Below, one piece after another: positions 48,310 to 60,490 of a stretch of 64,000 nt of DNA. A program made the translations under genes and the position numbers. The notes below the pieces were generated by a model that saw only the letters and a list, made by a program, of their open reading frames with translations, was not told the DNA's origin and searched no databases. The stretch's first letter is position 1; every line of letters begins with the position of its first letter. Origin of the DNA: Ruditapes philippinarum. Taxonomy: Eukaryota. The stretch is taken from positions 86,164 through 150,163 of the forward strand of contig NW_026851538.1 in NCBI RefSeq assembly GCF_026571515.1, in the 5' to 3' direction.

Positions 48310-50631
48310 AAATATTATAATGATGTGTTTCTTTAGTTCAACCATGATCCCGCTGGTTTATCCACGAATATAGAAACCAGACTAGTCTGCACTTCCGTGC
48401 AATCTGACCAGGCTCTATACTATTGGCCGACTCATTAATTTTTTTCATAATAAAGATATCCCCCAAAATTGATAATTGTAAGTTCTTATAATGCAACTAT
48501 TACAGATGGACAAGAACATTTAAGAAATGCAGAATATTAATGTTTCATTATTATTTTTTAATCCCGATTAAAGAGATAGATATAAACTATTTTAATTATT
48601 TTGAGTTTGCTTAGAACTAGCCAGTGCTGGTGTTGTATAAAAGATATAATTATGGTCGTTACCTGATATATGGCTCGAACCCAAATCGCTTGGCTGAGCT
48701 GTAGAAGATTTAACCACTGTAAGACAAACGCTCCCCCTGTATTTGAGCTGTGGTTGACAATAGAATTTAGATACGTTTAAAGTAACATTATTCACATCTA
48801 AATGTACATGGTAAAAATAAAAACAGTTTGATGTTTTGCCATAATTGTGTTCGATTTAATATTTTACAACGAACACATATACCAACGGAAAGGTTTATAA
48901 ATAGCGTTTAGAATCGCTAACGCTCATTGTTAAAAAAAAGTAGGGCAGTCTTTTTATAATTAAGGTAATTTTTACATTGTATCATAAACAATTTTCATTA
49001 TATTTTATTGGCCAATCAACATAATAATCAGATTTTTTTAAAAAATATATTACTAATTTAACTAAATTTGACAACGAAAAAAATGAGCATATACAGTCAC
49101 TTTGAAATAAACTTTAAAAAAAATTCGATATACATGTATATTCAAATGTTAATAAAGTTATATTTCCTTATCTCTTAACTTCTTGACTCTAGATTAGATG
49201 TCTTATCTCAGTTTTAAATGTATTATCATTATAAGTGTTTTTATTTCCTTTCATGTAACCCTCAAAATTATCTTTAATCGTGTGTTTACATTTGTATGAA
49301 ATTGTCGTACAGCTAAATTTCATTTAAATGCATATAAAGCTAATTTCTCTACCATGTGACATAACACGTGAAGCTTCGCTGAATTTGAAACATAATTATT
49401 TCACCAGTTGAAATAAAATGTGTATTATTAAGAGTGAGACTAAAAATAAGTGTGGGACCACAACACTAAATAACGTATTCCGGTATATACCGGATAATGC
49501 GCTGTTGAATAATTAAATCTTGCACCAAACGAAATGAACTTTATTAAAGTGTATAAGCTATATATCAAAAAATATTATGTAGATTTTAAAAAAGAATTCT
49601 TCCTAAATGTTTGTATGAAATAAAAATTCAATAAATTGCCTTAAAGCGAATGGCGAATGCGCAAAATCATTGCTAAACGGATAAAACCCTAGTTAAAATA
49701 GCAAAATAATATTTTGTTCCGGAACATTTTATTCTGTTTAAGTTCATTTTTCATGTGTATTAAATAACAGAGCCATTCTATGTTACAACTTTTTTTTCCG
49801 GGAATCAGCCATATAACAATTGAACCGATATAATTTTACTGTTGATAAATTTTATAAAAATATTTCATAAGATATAGATTTATATCCTTTAATACGTGTT
49901 ATTGAAAAATAGTTTTCTACTAAGTGATCATGATTTCTGCAAGCGTCTATAGGTACTGCTCCAACACTGTAGTGAGCTTAACCCTGTGATAAACGTACAC
50001 CATTTATTTAGTAAACACAAGGTTTATGTTGCTTATTATTTACGGAAGTTTTTCATTGTACTACCTGTCATTGAATCATTATATGAGTATATTTGCTTAA
50101 TTTCAAAATCTTGTCTATCATCTAATCCATCCATTACCTGTACATGGATGGTAGTAGTAAATGCAGGCTACAGCCTACAGCCGCTACCCCATGCCCTATA
50201 GCACCGGCTTAGGCATTTATATTTTAGGACAACATTTATGTATGAAAATTGATCAATTTAGACTTCAGTAACATCCACGACTGACGACTTGTAAATGATA
50301 TTTTTAGAATTAAGTTACATATACGATGCGAAATGTAATTTTGCATAAATTTTGTTTATTTTTGTTTGGTTTTATGGCGTACCAACGTAATTTAGGTCAT
50401 AATTATGGCGCCGAATCAGGAAAGGTGATTTTGGCTAACCTCGAGTGTTACAAGCTTTAAAGCAACACGATGGGTCAAAACCACGTCACCTGCTGGAGCT
50501 AAGGTCTTGAGATGCATTGACTCCAGTAATTCGAAACCATTTAGTCGCTTCTTATGACGACACAGGGATAAACGGTGGATGCATAATGTCTTAGTTTTTT
50601 TAGTACACAGCTTATATTTCTTTTATAACAG

Positions 50632-50775
50632 AGACAAGCTGGTGGAAAGCTGTTAAAGCGTTAATGATCATCGGAAATGCCTGCTTAACATTCAGTACAA
50701 TTCTTGGCCTATTGTACTGCAAGTTCAACACACAGAACAGCGCACAAGGCACGATATTCATGGCTTTATTTGGAG
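50632..50775 (+). CDS. Claudin-like copy B, exon 2; ETSWWKAVKALMIIGNACLTFSTILGLLYCKFNTQNSAQGTIFMALFG
   Basis: Acceptor ttttataacag|AG and donor GGAG|gtttgt, phase 1. The donor context is identical to copy A (GGAGgtttgt). Confidence 0.7.
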
Positions 50776-51758
50776 GTTTGTACATTTCTGTCTGTCTAAT
50801 TATATATTACGGACTCTCTTATTAAGTAATATTATGGACGGTCATGAAAACGATTGTATTAGTAAGCAAGGCAAAAATTTGTATTATCTCTTTAAAAAAT
50901 GTAAGAATTTGAAGAAAGCAGATAAATATAATGCATTTTTTTCATTGTAATTCTCTGTTGTTTAACCTTTAATTTGATTAATCGTTTAAAGACGTTTAAA
51001 AATCTTTCAAAGAAATGGAAATACTGAATTGATTAATTCAATTAATGAATTTAAATAATACATAAATAGAACAATAGCCTAGCTTTTAAACTGCTGACAT
51101 CTTTAACAGAGTTTAGTAAGGAGGTGGTTAAACACGAAAACAAGTGATACAAAATGTAGGTCTAAAAGTTACAAAACTTTCTTTCCAAATTAAACTAAAA
51201 TGACGCAATATGTTTAACATTTTCGCTGCCAGAGGGTTATTGTTTTATTGTTCACCTATTTGCCAGAGGATTTTCTAAGAAATTATTATTAATTAATATA
51301 ATTATTATTATTTGTTATTAGTATTATAATAATTATATGTGTTTTCAAAATTGTTAGTATGATAATAATTATTGTCGATGGTATAATTTTCATTATATTT
51401 ATTAATTATTTTTATTATTAATATTATTAATTTATTATTATTATTATTATTATTATAGAAACGGCTAAAGCCGTCCATATGGCAAATACGCCGAAAAAAA
51501 AACAGGGACGGCTTAAGCCGTCCATATGGCAGTGAAAGGGTTAAAGTAGCTTTCTTGAGCTATTCATAACGCAACAGTGACGTTTGTTTCTAAAAATAGA
51601 TCGGATCTTACTTATTTTATAGAGAGCGGACCGGTGGATTAGAGGTATCTAAGGGTTACCTTATTGTTTTTGTATTTTAATTAATGACGGCAAATTTTAA
51701 ATTTGAAGGCCGCTTTAAACTAAAATAAGAGAAATGCATGGTGTTTTTTTTATTTAAG

Positions 51759-51928
51759 GTATTGTTCTAACCATTGCTGTGATAGTGTTTGGATCTGAAA
51801 CAAAAGAGGATAGTTCATCATTCAGTGTATGCTTCATACTGGCAATAGTATCTGCCGTGTTGGCATTGTTGTCTGCAGCTCTTGTAGGAAAAGCGAAACG
51901 GGGCCCGACGGGATATAGCTCAATATAA
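51759..51928 (+). CDS. Claudin-like copy B, exon 3; GIVLTIAVIVFGSETKEDSSSFSVCFILAIVSAVLALLSAALVGKAKRGPTGYSSI stop
   Basis: Acceptor tttatttaag|GT. Stop TAA at 51926-51928. Same exon count and intron phases as copy A. Confidence 0.7.
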
Positions 51929-52362
51929 TCACGGCTTGATTCAACGCAAAAATACTAAACTATAGAAACTACTTTGAAACAAGGATAGAGAACTCTATCT
52001 TATATCACAACTTACGCAATGCAAAACACTGTTTTATATATATTATAGCAAGAGTAATATTAATACCTATCACGTGGTGTAATTCTAAGTGTTAAAGTAT
52101 TTGAGAGATGAGCATATATTGCTGCATTTCGAAGAAAGTATATGAATATTTCATCTTATTTCAACGTACGCATGGTTAGTTCAATTTTGACTACCAGACT
52201 AAATAAACGATCTAGAATATATGTAAAATTTGCATTAATACTGAACACGTGTTCACCAGTCACAATAACTTTTCTTTATAAAGTTTTCAACATTTTTTTT
52301 CGTTTCACCATGTTACAATTTATCCTTTCCGCTTATCTTGCCACTGTTAACCATAATATGCT

Positions 52363-52911
52363 GTGTTCTCACCGCCGATCAGATCAACTCGATCAAGCAC
52401 GATCAAGCGATCGGGTACCGGTCTAGCTCGGTCTGCATGCGTGATCGGGGTTGGTCGGAGCGGTCTACCTTGGTCGATATGGCTCTGGCTTCCTACCCGA
52501 ATCTTTTTGACATGTCAAAAAAATTCGAGTAGCGATCGAGTAGATAAGACGTCGAGAAGCGATCGTATAGTGATCGAGTAGAAGATCTAGTTGATCGAGA
52601 ATAAATCGTGTAACGATCTAGTTTTGTCGGGTATACATCGGATTTACATGTCTTACCAGGTAGAAATCTGGCAACGATCGAGCAGAGGTCCAGTTAGTCT
52701 AGTTGAGATCGTGTATGACTCGCGTATAGGTCTTGGTGATCGAGAAGAAGTCGGGATGTTGGTCGGGTTGTCGTCGAGAAGAAGTCGTAAACATGGTAGA
52801 CTTGAGGTCGTGTAGGAGTCGTGAATTTGCATTTGATCCAGCTTGGTCGGGCTTCATCGGGGCATTAATGTGATCGGGACGATCGAGTTGATCTGATCGG
52901 CGGTGAGAACA
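52363..52911. mobile_element. Non-autonomous TIR element (~550 bp) with a GATCGA-rich interior
   Basis: 31-bp terminal inverted repeat tgttctcaccgccgatcagatcaactcgatc at 52364-52394 and 52881-52911. The interior is GC-richer than its surroundings and full of degenerate ~11-bp gatcgag(t/a)aga(a/t)g repeats and GATC/TCGA palindromes. Confidence 0.6.
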
Positions 52912-53477
52912 TATAACCACGCTAAATATCTTAAATAGACCTGTTGTTTTTTTCAAGCTGGACAAACCATATATCATTTGTTTTTAGGGAAAATTCAACA
53001 CATATACTGACTGACTAGCAAACAGTGCATTTCATTTCATGGTTTAAATGTTGTAGGATTTTTATTTATGCTATACATGTACTAAGCTACATGCTTTTTT
53101 GTAATGTTAGAATTGTTGAAGAAGATTTTCACTTTCTTTAAGCTTGCTTAAAACTTCCAAACTGAGAAAAAATATCCCAATGAATAGCCGTCTTTAATCT
53201 AATTCTAGAACTTTATTATCCATAAATGTACCGGGACCAATTAATTCATTTAAGCTGATTTGATTTGATTTGTTCATTTTGCATTTTGCAAAAGATGTAT
53301 AGAAGAATCTTTTCCGAAGTGATCAAATATCATTCTACCGTTGAATATTTTATATCGTGTTTTAAAGCTTGATTACATTTAAAACAATAATATCAAGTCA
53401 AAGCTTGTTGTTGTCCGACAGATATCGATTTGTAAATATATTTCTACTAATTATCTAATTGTTGTTTGATTTTAAGT

Positions 53478-53745
53478 GGTGGGGCGTCCGTGGCCGAGTG
53501 GTTAAGGTCGTTGTCTTCAAACCACTTGCCCCTCACCGCTTGGGGTTTGTAAAATCACCGGGGACTTTCATATGAGGAAACTATCTAGCTAACTTACGGA
53601 AGATTGTTCTACTCAGGTACATGTTTTTGTACCTGCAATAGTGCACAGAAGGGCACCTAAGGTCTTCCTCCACCAGTAAAGCTGTAAAGTCACCATATGA
53701 ATTATACTGTGTAGGTGGGACGTTAAAACCTACCATAAAAATGTA
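53478..53745 (+). mobile_element. tRNA-derived SINE, full copy
   Basis: Same head (ggggcgtccgtggccgagtggttaaggtcg) and body (ggaaactatctagctaacttacggaag...ggttctactcaggtac...cttcctccaccagtaaagctg). Confidence 0.6.
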
Positions 53746-54185
53746 AATAGTATATTTATAGAAAGGAATAAAAGGTTACGCTTGCGAAGTTAATTGATAA
53801 TTAAATTTTAATTTTAGTGCCTTGTATAATCACCACTAATAGTTTGCCTTTTATTGCTGTACTTTTGTATGTTTTTTTTTTATATTTGTTAACCCTTAAT
53901 TATATTTATACTGTTTGAAAATAAATGTACTACATTCTTAAATGGAATATTTAGTTTTATAGTTTTACTTATGTTATAACAAATTAACAAGTTGCCAGCA
54001 AAACATTTGTTTAATAGACAGAGAATGGTATTTGTACATGTTATTTTCATCATTTTTCACAACAAAAAACAAAAACAACAACAACAACAGCAATTTATTT
54101 ATTGATTTGACAAGTTACAGATATCCCTCACACATAAGTTATTGACATACATGTATACGTGAAAGAAGAAGTATGGAAATATAAA

Positions 54186-55203
54186 CAATAGAGCCGTGAT
54201 GGCCTTAAAAATCGCTCACCTGAACTCTCCATGACAACGTACAAGTAATATTGTAAACTATAAAAAAGCAGATATAAAATTTAACTCTTAAACTGATATC
54301 TCAAAGTTAATATTTGTATCTGAAAAAGTGCATGTTTATAAATATTTCTAGTTGCTACTGCTAAGAGAAACCCCAAGAGATGTGTACATATACCGGGGCG
54401 GGCCAATTTTTACCCCAGAGGTTTTAGTTGAATAAACTTGGGAGACACCCAATGGCCATTAGGAGATGTTTCATGCCAAATATCTAAGGTCTAGCTCTTT
54501 GGCTTTTTAAAAAGACATTTTAAAAAAGTGTTTAAAATATACATATAAGGAAAATCAATACCCCCTTGGGCAGGGCCAATTTTGATCCAAGGGCTTTTAT
54601 TTGAGTAAAGTTGGTAGACACCCATAAGAAGATTTTTTATGCTTAATATCTAACTCTAGCTCTTTGGGGTTTTTGCAAAAGATTTTTTTTTAAATTTTTT
54701 ACTATATACATATAACGAAAATAAATGATCAAAGGACTTTTATTTGAACAAACTTGGTAGCCACTCACTAGAATACGTTTCATGCTTTATATCTAAGCTT
54801 TAGCTATTTCGTTTTTTTTAAAAGAAGATTTTGAAAGTTTTTTACTAAATACATATAAGGAAAATCAATGACTCAAATTTTTGACCCAGGGTTCTATTTG
54901 AATAAACTTGGTAGATACCTATAAGAAGATGTTTCATGCCAAATATCTAAGCTCTCGCTCTTTGGCTTTTTTAAAGAATTTTTTTTTAAAGTTTTTTTCT
55001 CTCAGTTGCATGGCAACCAGAGTTCTGCTTTGAACATTTTTTAAAGTTTACCACCAACTGAACATCCGTGTGAAGTTGGATTAAACCGGCTAAGAGGTGT
55101 TTGAGCTGATATCGTTTAAAGTAAACGTTTATGGACTGACGGACGACCGCCGGACGGATTGTGATCACAAATGCTCATCTTGTCACTTTGTGACATGTGA
55201 GCT
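54186..55203 (-). mobile_element. Composite hairpin-headed element with satellite array, copy C (inverted)
   Basis: The reverse complement of the head lies at 55171-55203 (atgctcatcttgtcactttgtgacatgtgagct) and of the tail at 54186-54221. ~4 satellite units at 54390-54990. Followed by a (CA/GCA)n microsatellite at 55222-55305. Confidence 0.6.
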
Positions 55204-55221
55204 GAAAAAGAAATAAAGAAA

Positions 55222-55273
55222 ACACATCCGCACACGCACACGCACGCACGCACACACCAACGCACACACGCAC

Positions 55274-55304
<31 letters not shown>

Positions 55305-55305
55305 A
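55222..55305. repeat. (CA)n/(GCA)n microsatellite
   Basis: cacacgcacacgcacgcacgcacacacc...cacacacacacacacacacacaat. The track ORF 55116-55355 over it is an artefact. Confidence 0.9.
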
Positions 55306-56033
55306 TAAAACTCCAACATCTGACGTTCATGGTATACTTGGTAGACTCCCGTCATCAGTTATTTGTAAAGAAACGTCTATAAAAGTTGAAAACTCCCTAT
55401 GTACATGCTATATAAAGACCTATCACAAATTGTTGGGCTTCTAAACTCCATTCAATTATTGATCATTTAAGTCTTACAAGTATTCGCTATGACTGTAATG
55501 CAAATTATTTAAGTTTGTTAAAAAATAGGACCCGAGGCCAGTTAATTCAGGATTGGAATCATACAGTTAATTTTTCACCGAAATTACACTACTATTGTCA
55601 GTTTAAACATTTTTTTTGAATTTGAAGATTTATTAAATCTTTTCGCATAATTTTGGAAATTGAAAAAGGAAGATTGAATTGGATTTATAGACTGAATAAA
55701 TTATGTAAATTATCTCATCAAAATATTACTTATGTCAACAAAAAGTAAAATTTACACTTTTTAAAATAGAGTAATATATAGATTTGTCGATGAAATGTCG
55801 AAACAATTATTTGGAACTCATCACAGGCTCTTAACGAGTAATTAAATCCTTATCTCTGAAGTATAAAATTGTTGCTTATTAACTTGTTATTATCTATACA
55901 TTTGTTTGATTGTATCAGTTTAAAAATGTAAACATGTTTATAGGTATATTGATGTTAAATGTCTTTGCCATGTAGTCGGCCAAAAACCATGCTCATTGTC
56001 GATTTGTCAATAAACTTGAAATTTGAAAGAAAT

Positions 56034-56723
56034 TCAATTGTTTCTCCTTATCTTCATTACAGATTTCTTGAGCGAGTAATGAACCCAGCATTTTGTCCAA
56101 GTTATGCCCATATTTGTCTCTAAACCATTGGTGTGTGGGTACAATCCATTTAGATTACTATAATAACAATCATTGTACCACCAAGCTCCGCTAAACTGCA
56201 CTGCACAATTAGCGTAGGCGCGTTGGTCATTATCACTGTCTTTTGTTGTGAATTGACTATTGTTATGAAACAACATGGAATCGCCACACGAGCCGCCATA
56301 TCCTCCAACCGACAATTCTGTATTTATCACTCTCATCCTTAATTACTGAAGGTGGAATATTCAGCATAGGCAGAAACCGGATTACGATTGTCAATTTCAA
56401 ACGTTTCCAAGCATACATAGAGTGAACTGTCGGCAATCGTCAAATAGTATATCTGTTCAAGTCCGAGCCAATACTCGCTACTCCTGTTCCCGAAATCCAT
56501 TCTTGTAGTCTTCCCAGTTTCTGTAGAAATCTTCTGATCCGTCTTGTCGGCGTTGAATAACCGTCCATCCACCATTGGTCATATCACACCATACATCAGT
56601 AGCAGTACTTCCAGTTGGTTTGATCACATAAACACCGTCTTCGGTATAGCCTTGTTGAAAAAACGCAAGACAGTCAACTGGCTCGGGTTGCTTGTGAACT
56701 CTTTTTACTTTTTGACTGCCTTC
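56034..56723 (-). pseudogene. Fibrinogen-related domain (FBG/FReD) exon with at least 2 frameshifts; EGSQKVKRVHKQPEPVDCLAFFQQGYTEDGVYVIKPTGSTATDVWCDMTNGGWTVIQRRQDGSEDFYRNWEDYKNGF / FGNRSSEYWLGLEQIYYLT... / ...GGYGGSCGDSMLFHNNSQFTTKDSDNDQRAYANCAVQFSGAWWYNDCYYSNLNGLYPH...
   Basis: Three overlapping minus-strand ORFs in three different frames (56478-56765, 56339-56575, 56034-56336) together spell a canonical fibrinogen C-terminal domain (GGWTVIQRR.DGS.DF.R.W..YK.GFG; EYWLGL; NCA...G.WWY..C..SNLNG.Y). The YKNGF to GNRSSEYW junction needs a 1-nt removal (ggatttCgggaac). A second shift plus an in-frame TAA lies near 56336-56345. There is no room for introns. Confidence 0.55.
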
Positions 56724-57139
56724 CTGTAAAACATGATAATAAACGCTTCCTTGAAAATTAAACATTTTGTTGATTTTTTTAATCTGTATAAATCACTATG
56801 TGTGTTAAACACATGTCAACTGATCATTTTCAAAATAAAAATGTATATTATATATTATGAGATTATAAGAGATCATTAGATATCTTAAACGTTAAATACA
56901 AATACATGTAATATTTTAAACTATTAAAAATGAGCTCCTCCAAATTGGCAGAGTCTTTGATATAGATAACGTTAGGCGATTTAGTTTATAATATATATTT
57001 TTATGATTAATAAATAATAATAATTGTTTCAAAAGTACTAAAATTGACAGCTACAAATCTTTAAGAAAAGTTCAGAAAAAAGATGCTAGATAATTAACAC
57101 AAAAAATATATAGCAAATAATTATTTTTATAATGCTTAC

Positions 57140-57598
57140 TTGAATGCACTTTATTGGCACCCTTTTTCTTATTCCGCGGATAATAGTTGCGTTAGCATCA
57201 TCATGTTTGTCAATGTTGTAAGAATCATCAGAACTACAATAACATGTAGAATTATTTTCAACGAAGTACCATGATGGCATTTCAAGACTTTGACATTGAT
57301 AAATGCAAGACACCTTTGATTTACCATGAAGTACAATTAATTTCGCATCTGTTTGTGGGATATAAGACACTCTATCTAATTTAGATTCAAATTTAGTACA
57401 TTCCTTTTCCAAAATTTGTGCCTTTGAACAACAAAAATAAATCGCAAGAAAAATAAAAATGAAATTTTCTGTTGAGAAATACAGCAACCATTTTGTCGCA
57501 CCAAATAAATTACTTTTCAATTTTATCCTAGCCAATTGACAGCAAATTGCAAACTGAACTCGCTTAAACAATTTCGAAATAACAAAACATGCATGCAA
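57140..57598 (-). CDS. Putative upstream exon of the FReD gene, Cys-rich (possibly PAN/apple-like) with a signal-peptide-like hydrophobic stretch; ...LLYFSTENFIFIFLAIYFCCSKAQILEKECTKFESKLDRVSYIPQTDAKLIVLHGKSKVSCIYQCQSLEMPSWYFVENNSTCYCSSDD...RGIRKRVPIKCIQ
   Basis: Minus-strand ORF 57086-57598. A CAA|gtaagc donor at 57140 in phase 0 splices to the ttttacag|GAAGGC acceptor at 56723/56724, in frame with the FBG exon. The only nearby ATG (MVAVFLNRK...) is in the +1 frame, so the true start is unresolved. This could be a further frameshift or an upstream exon. Confidence 0.35.
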
Positions 57599-57964
57599 AA
57601 AATAATTATGAATAATTTGCAGTGCTATTGAAATGAGAAGAACATAAAAGAATAATAGTATGTTGGCTATATTGATAATCTATCAAAAGATCAATTTACT
57701 TGTATTTAATAGGATTAGTTCTACAAAACCACATTTACAACAAAATACATGTAGAAAAAGCTGTCTTGGTTACCAACAGATGTAAGACAAATTTTTGCAT
57801 GTAAGTTAGATTTGAATAGGAATCAATTTTTCGATTTTTTTCTCCTAAATATTATATATTTTTTTACTTCATCAATAAACCAAATATAAAAGAAGGAAAC
57901 AGAACGAAGCTTTATCCGAGTGTGATAGTTGGAACATATATAATGAGTCACACATAATATATAT

Positions 57965-58199
57965 GAGCCGTGTCACGACAAAACCAACATAATGGTTTTG
58001 CGATAAGCATGGATCCAGACCAGCCTGCGCATCCGCACAGTCTGATCAGGATCCATGCTGTTCGCTTACAAACCCTATAACAAGTAGAAAAACTGATAGC
58101 GAACAGCATGGATCCTGATGAGACTGCGCGGATGCGCATGCTGGTCTGGATACATGCTGGTCGCAAACGCATTACGTTGGTTTTGTCGTGACGCGGCTC
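57965..58199 (-). mobile_element. Nested-palindrome MITE, copy 10
   Basis: Full-length, flanking ATAT/ATAT. ~370 bp upstream (in gene orientation) of the FReD N-terminal exon. Confidence 0.85.
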
Positions 58200-59332
58200 A
58201 TATATTACTATAGTTGTACAATCGAAGTAGCCATGGTAACAGAAGTTTTTTTAGTGGTGTTAGACCTACGTTTATTTTCCGGTTAGAAAAACGTGGTTGC
58301 AAAAGAATAAATAAAGCAATAAATTAGGACACTCGAGCAACTCTTTTGACACTTATATATATATGTCACGTCCATTTCTTGTTTTTTTATAAAAAGGCTG
58401 ATATATTAAAGAGTTTAGAAAGAACTTAGTTATGCATATACCTTACAACTTCTTCTCTAGTTGCCACTGGCTCTTTTTTATTGCTGATCGTGAGGGGGGT
58501 TGCGTTCGTTGAACGCCGGCCTTTCCTTGTTTATTCATTTTTATTGTCATTGGTGACAAAAATATTTATCCTTTAGTAAAATAATATTAGGATGGGAACT
58601 AAGTTATGCATTATACCTTACAATCTTTAATCTAATGGGAAAGTGATCTGAATTAGGTGAAAAATCTTAAATAATATTTTTTTTCATGATTTTTTTTCTG
58701 CTACGAAATCTGCTTGTGGTCATAGTATTATTTCTACATAGGTTTAGTCGTTAAAATTTGGCTTTTACAAATCATGGTCATGCAAACTACATGAATTAGA
58801 TAAAGAAGGCAGACGCTTGTTTTGGTTGAGGCTATTATGTTTTTGTTTAGGGGGTTAGTTGTCGTAGACAAATTTATAATTTGTGTGCATTTATTACCTT
58901 GCAATGATTATATTATCTTAAATGCTTCTGTGATTAATTAATAAAATTATTTGTATTTAAAATTGTTATATGTCCGATTAAAGGCATAATTCTAATTCAG
59001 ATGAAATCAGTTCACACCTTCATGTGCATTGATCACGTGTTGGTTTCAGCCAATGAAAATCATCAACATAGTCGGGCAGAAAAAAAGTTTTCTATTAGTG
59101 AATCGATATTCTTTATGTAGCAAGCAAACTTTGAGTTGCAAGTGTTAGTTTTATACTATATTTTCGGCAGAAAAATCTGTCCGAGTAGGGCCAGGCATTT
59201 TCATATCATAGGATGGCTGCCTACACTATCACGTGATTATCCAAGCACAACCGCGACTTGGCGCGGGAATTATAAATATAGCTAACCTGGGCGCGAAGTA
59301 TAGGATAGGAAATACCTTTTTACATTTATGTA

Positions 59333-59452
59333 TAGGTAAGTGTGCATATTGGGTGTTCTTCGTAAATAAGAAAGCTAAAAAGGAGCGGAGCTTGCGAAGC
59401 GACTGTAGCTTTCTTATTTACGAAGAACATCCAATATGCACTCTAACCGGCT
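59333..59452 (+). repeat. Hairpin repeat, copy 1 (~45-bp stem, ~30-bp loop)
   Basis: gtgcatattgggtgttcttcgtaaataagaaagct-aaaaaggagcggagcttgcgaagcgactgt-agctttcttatttacgaagaacatccaatatgcac. Confidence 0.65.
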
Positions 59453-59574
59453 TTAGTCCTCGCCAATTTTTTTTTAGCCAATCACCGACGAGGATTTTTC
59501 AAATTTTCAGGTTACAAATCTTAATAGAACAGATTTTATATAAAACTGGACGTTTTATATTATAAAACGCAAGT

Positions 59575-59705
59575 GGGCGGAGCACTAAGCCGGTTAGAGT
59601 GCATATTGGATGTTCTTCGTAAATAAGAAAGCTACAGTCGCTTCGCAAGCTCCGCTCCTTTTTAGCTTTCTTATTTACGAAGAACACCCAATATGCACTC
59701 TAACC
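59575..59705 (-). repeat. Hairpin repeat, copy 2 (reverse complement of copy 1)
   Basis: Preceded and followed by the direct motif aactggacgttttatattataaaa(c/g)gcaagtgggcggagc (59546-59590 and 59733-59775). Confidence 0.65.
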
Positions 59706-60360
59706 TATGCATAGAACAGAATTTATATCAACTGGACGTTTTATATTATAAAAGGCAAGTGGGCGGAGCTAAGTTTCGAAGAGCGCTAAAGTGCAATATA
59801 CGCATGTGCAGAGATATTGAAGTTTACTCCTCATACTAATCAATATTTATGCATCATGCTTTTTCCGTACACGCACATGTATATCGTCACTACGGCATAG
59901 AATTAAAAAAAGAGGTTCATTGAAATGAAAACAGGCAAAATAACAGTTTTATTACTTATAAAACCCTAAGAAGTAACTTCAAGTCTATTTTATTACTTTA
60001 TACATCAGTGTACACATTTACTTATATTACATTTTGACCTTATCAAATGCTATGAATCATGCAGGAACTCGCAAATTTGGCTCATTTATTTATATAATTA
60101 TCAGTAAGATAAATAATTGTTTTGTTTTCCTTCCAATGTTTCACAATTGATAAAATTTCGAAATCTTCATTGAAGAATTGACCGAGGAGATCGAAATCAC
60201 CGCTATCATTTTTCGCCTCCATATTGTCTTATTTACCTAGACAGAATGGGGGAATTAGCTATCCCGAAAATGTGTACCGCTACCGTCGTCCAAACATGGT
60301 TTATAATATACACATTTAGGCTATCGTGTGACGTCACGCAGTGTGTTGGGCGGAAAAAAT

Positions 60361-60490
60361 TGGGCGGAGCACTAAGCCGGTAAGAGTGCATATTGGATGT
60401 TCTTCGTAAATAAGAAAGCTACAGTCGCTTCGCAAGCTCCGCTCCCTTTTAGCTTTCTTATTTACGAAGAACACCTAATATGCACTCTAA
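60361..60490 (-). repeat. Hairpin repeat, copy 3
   Basis: Same orientation as copy 2. Preceded by gggcggaaaaaattgggcggagcactaagccgg. Confidence 0.65.

Noticed and set aside
52142-52977. Overlapping ORFs rich in R/S/D (e.g. 52699-52977 minus)
   Set aside because: They lie within the GATCGA-rich TIR element and the low-complexity translation comes from the short DNA repeats.
59233-59687. ORFs 59233-59565 (+) and 59499-59687 (-) sharing MFFVNKKAKKERSLRSDCSF
   Set aside because: Both are translations of the two inverted hairpin-repeat copies.
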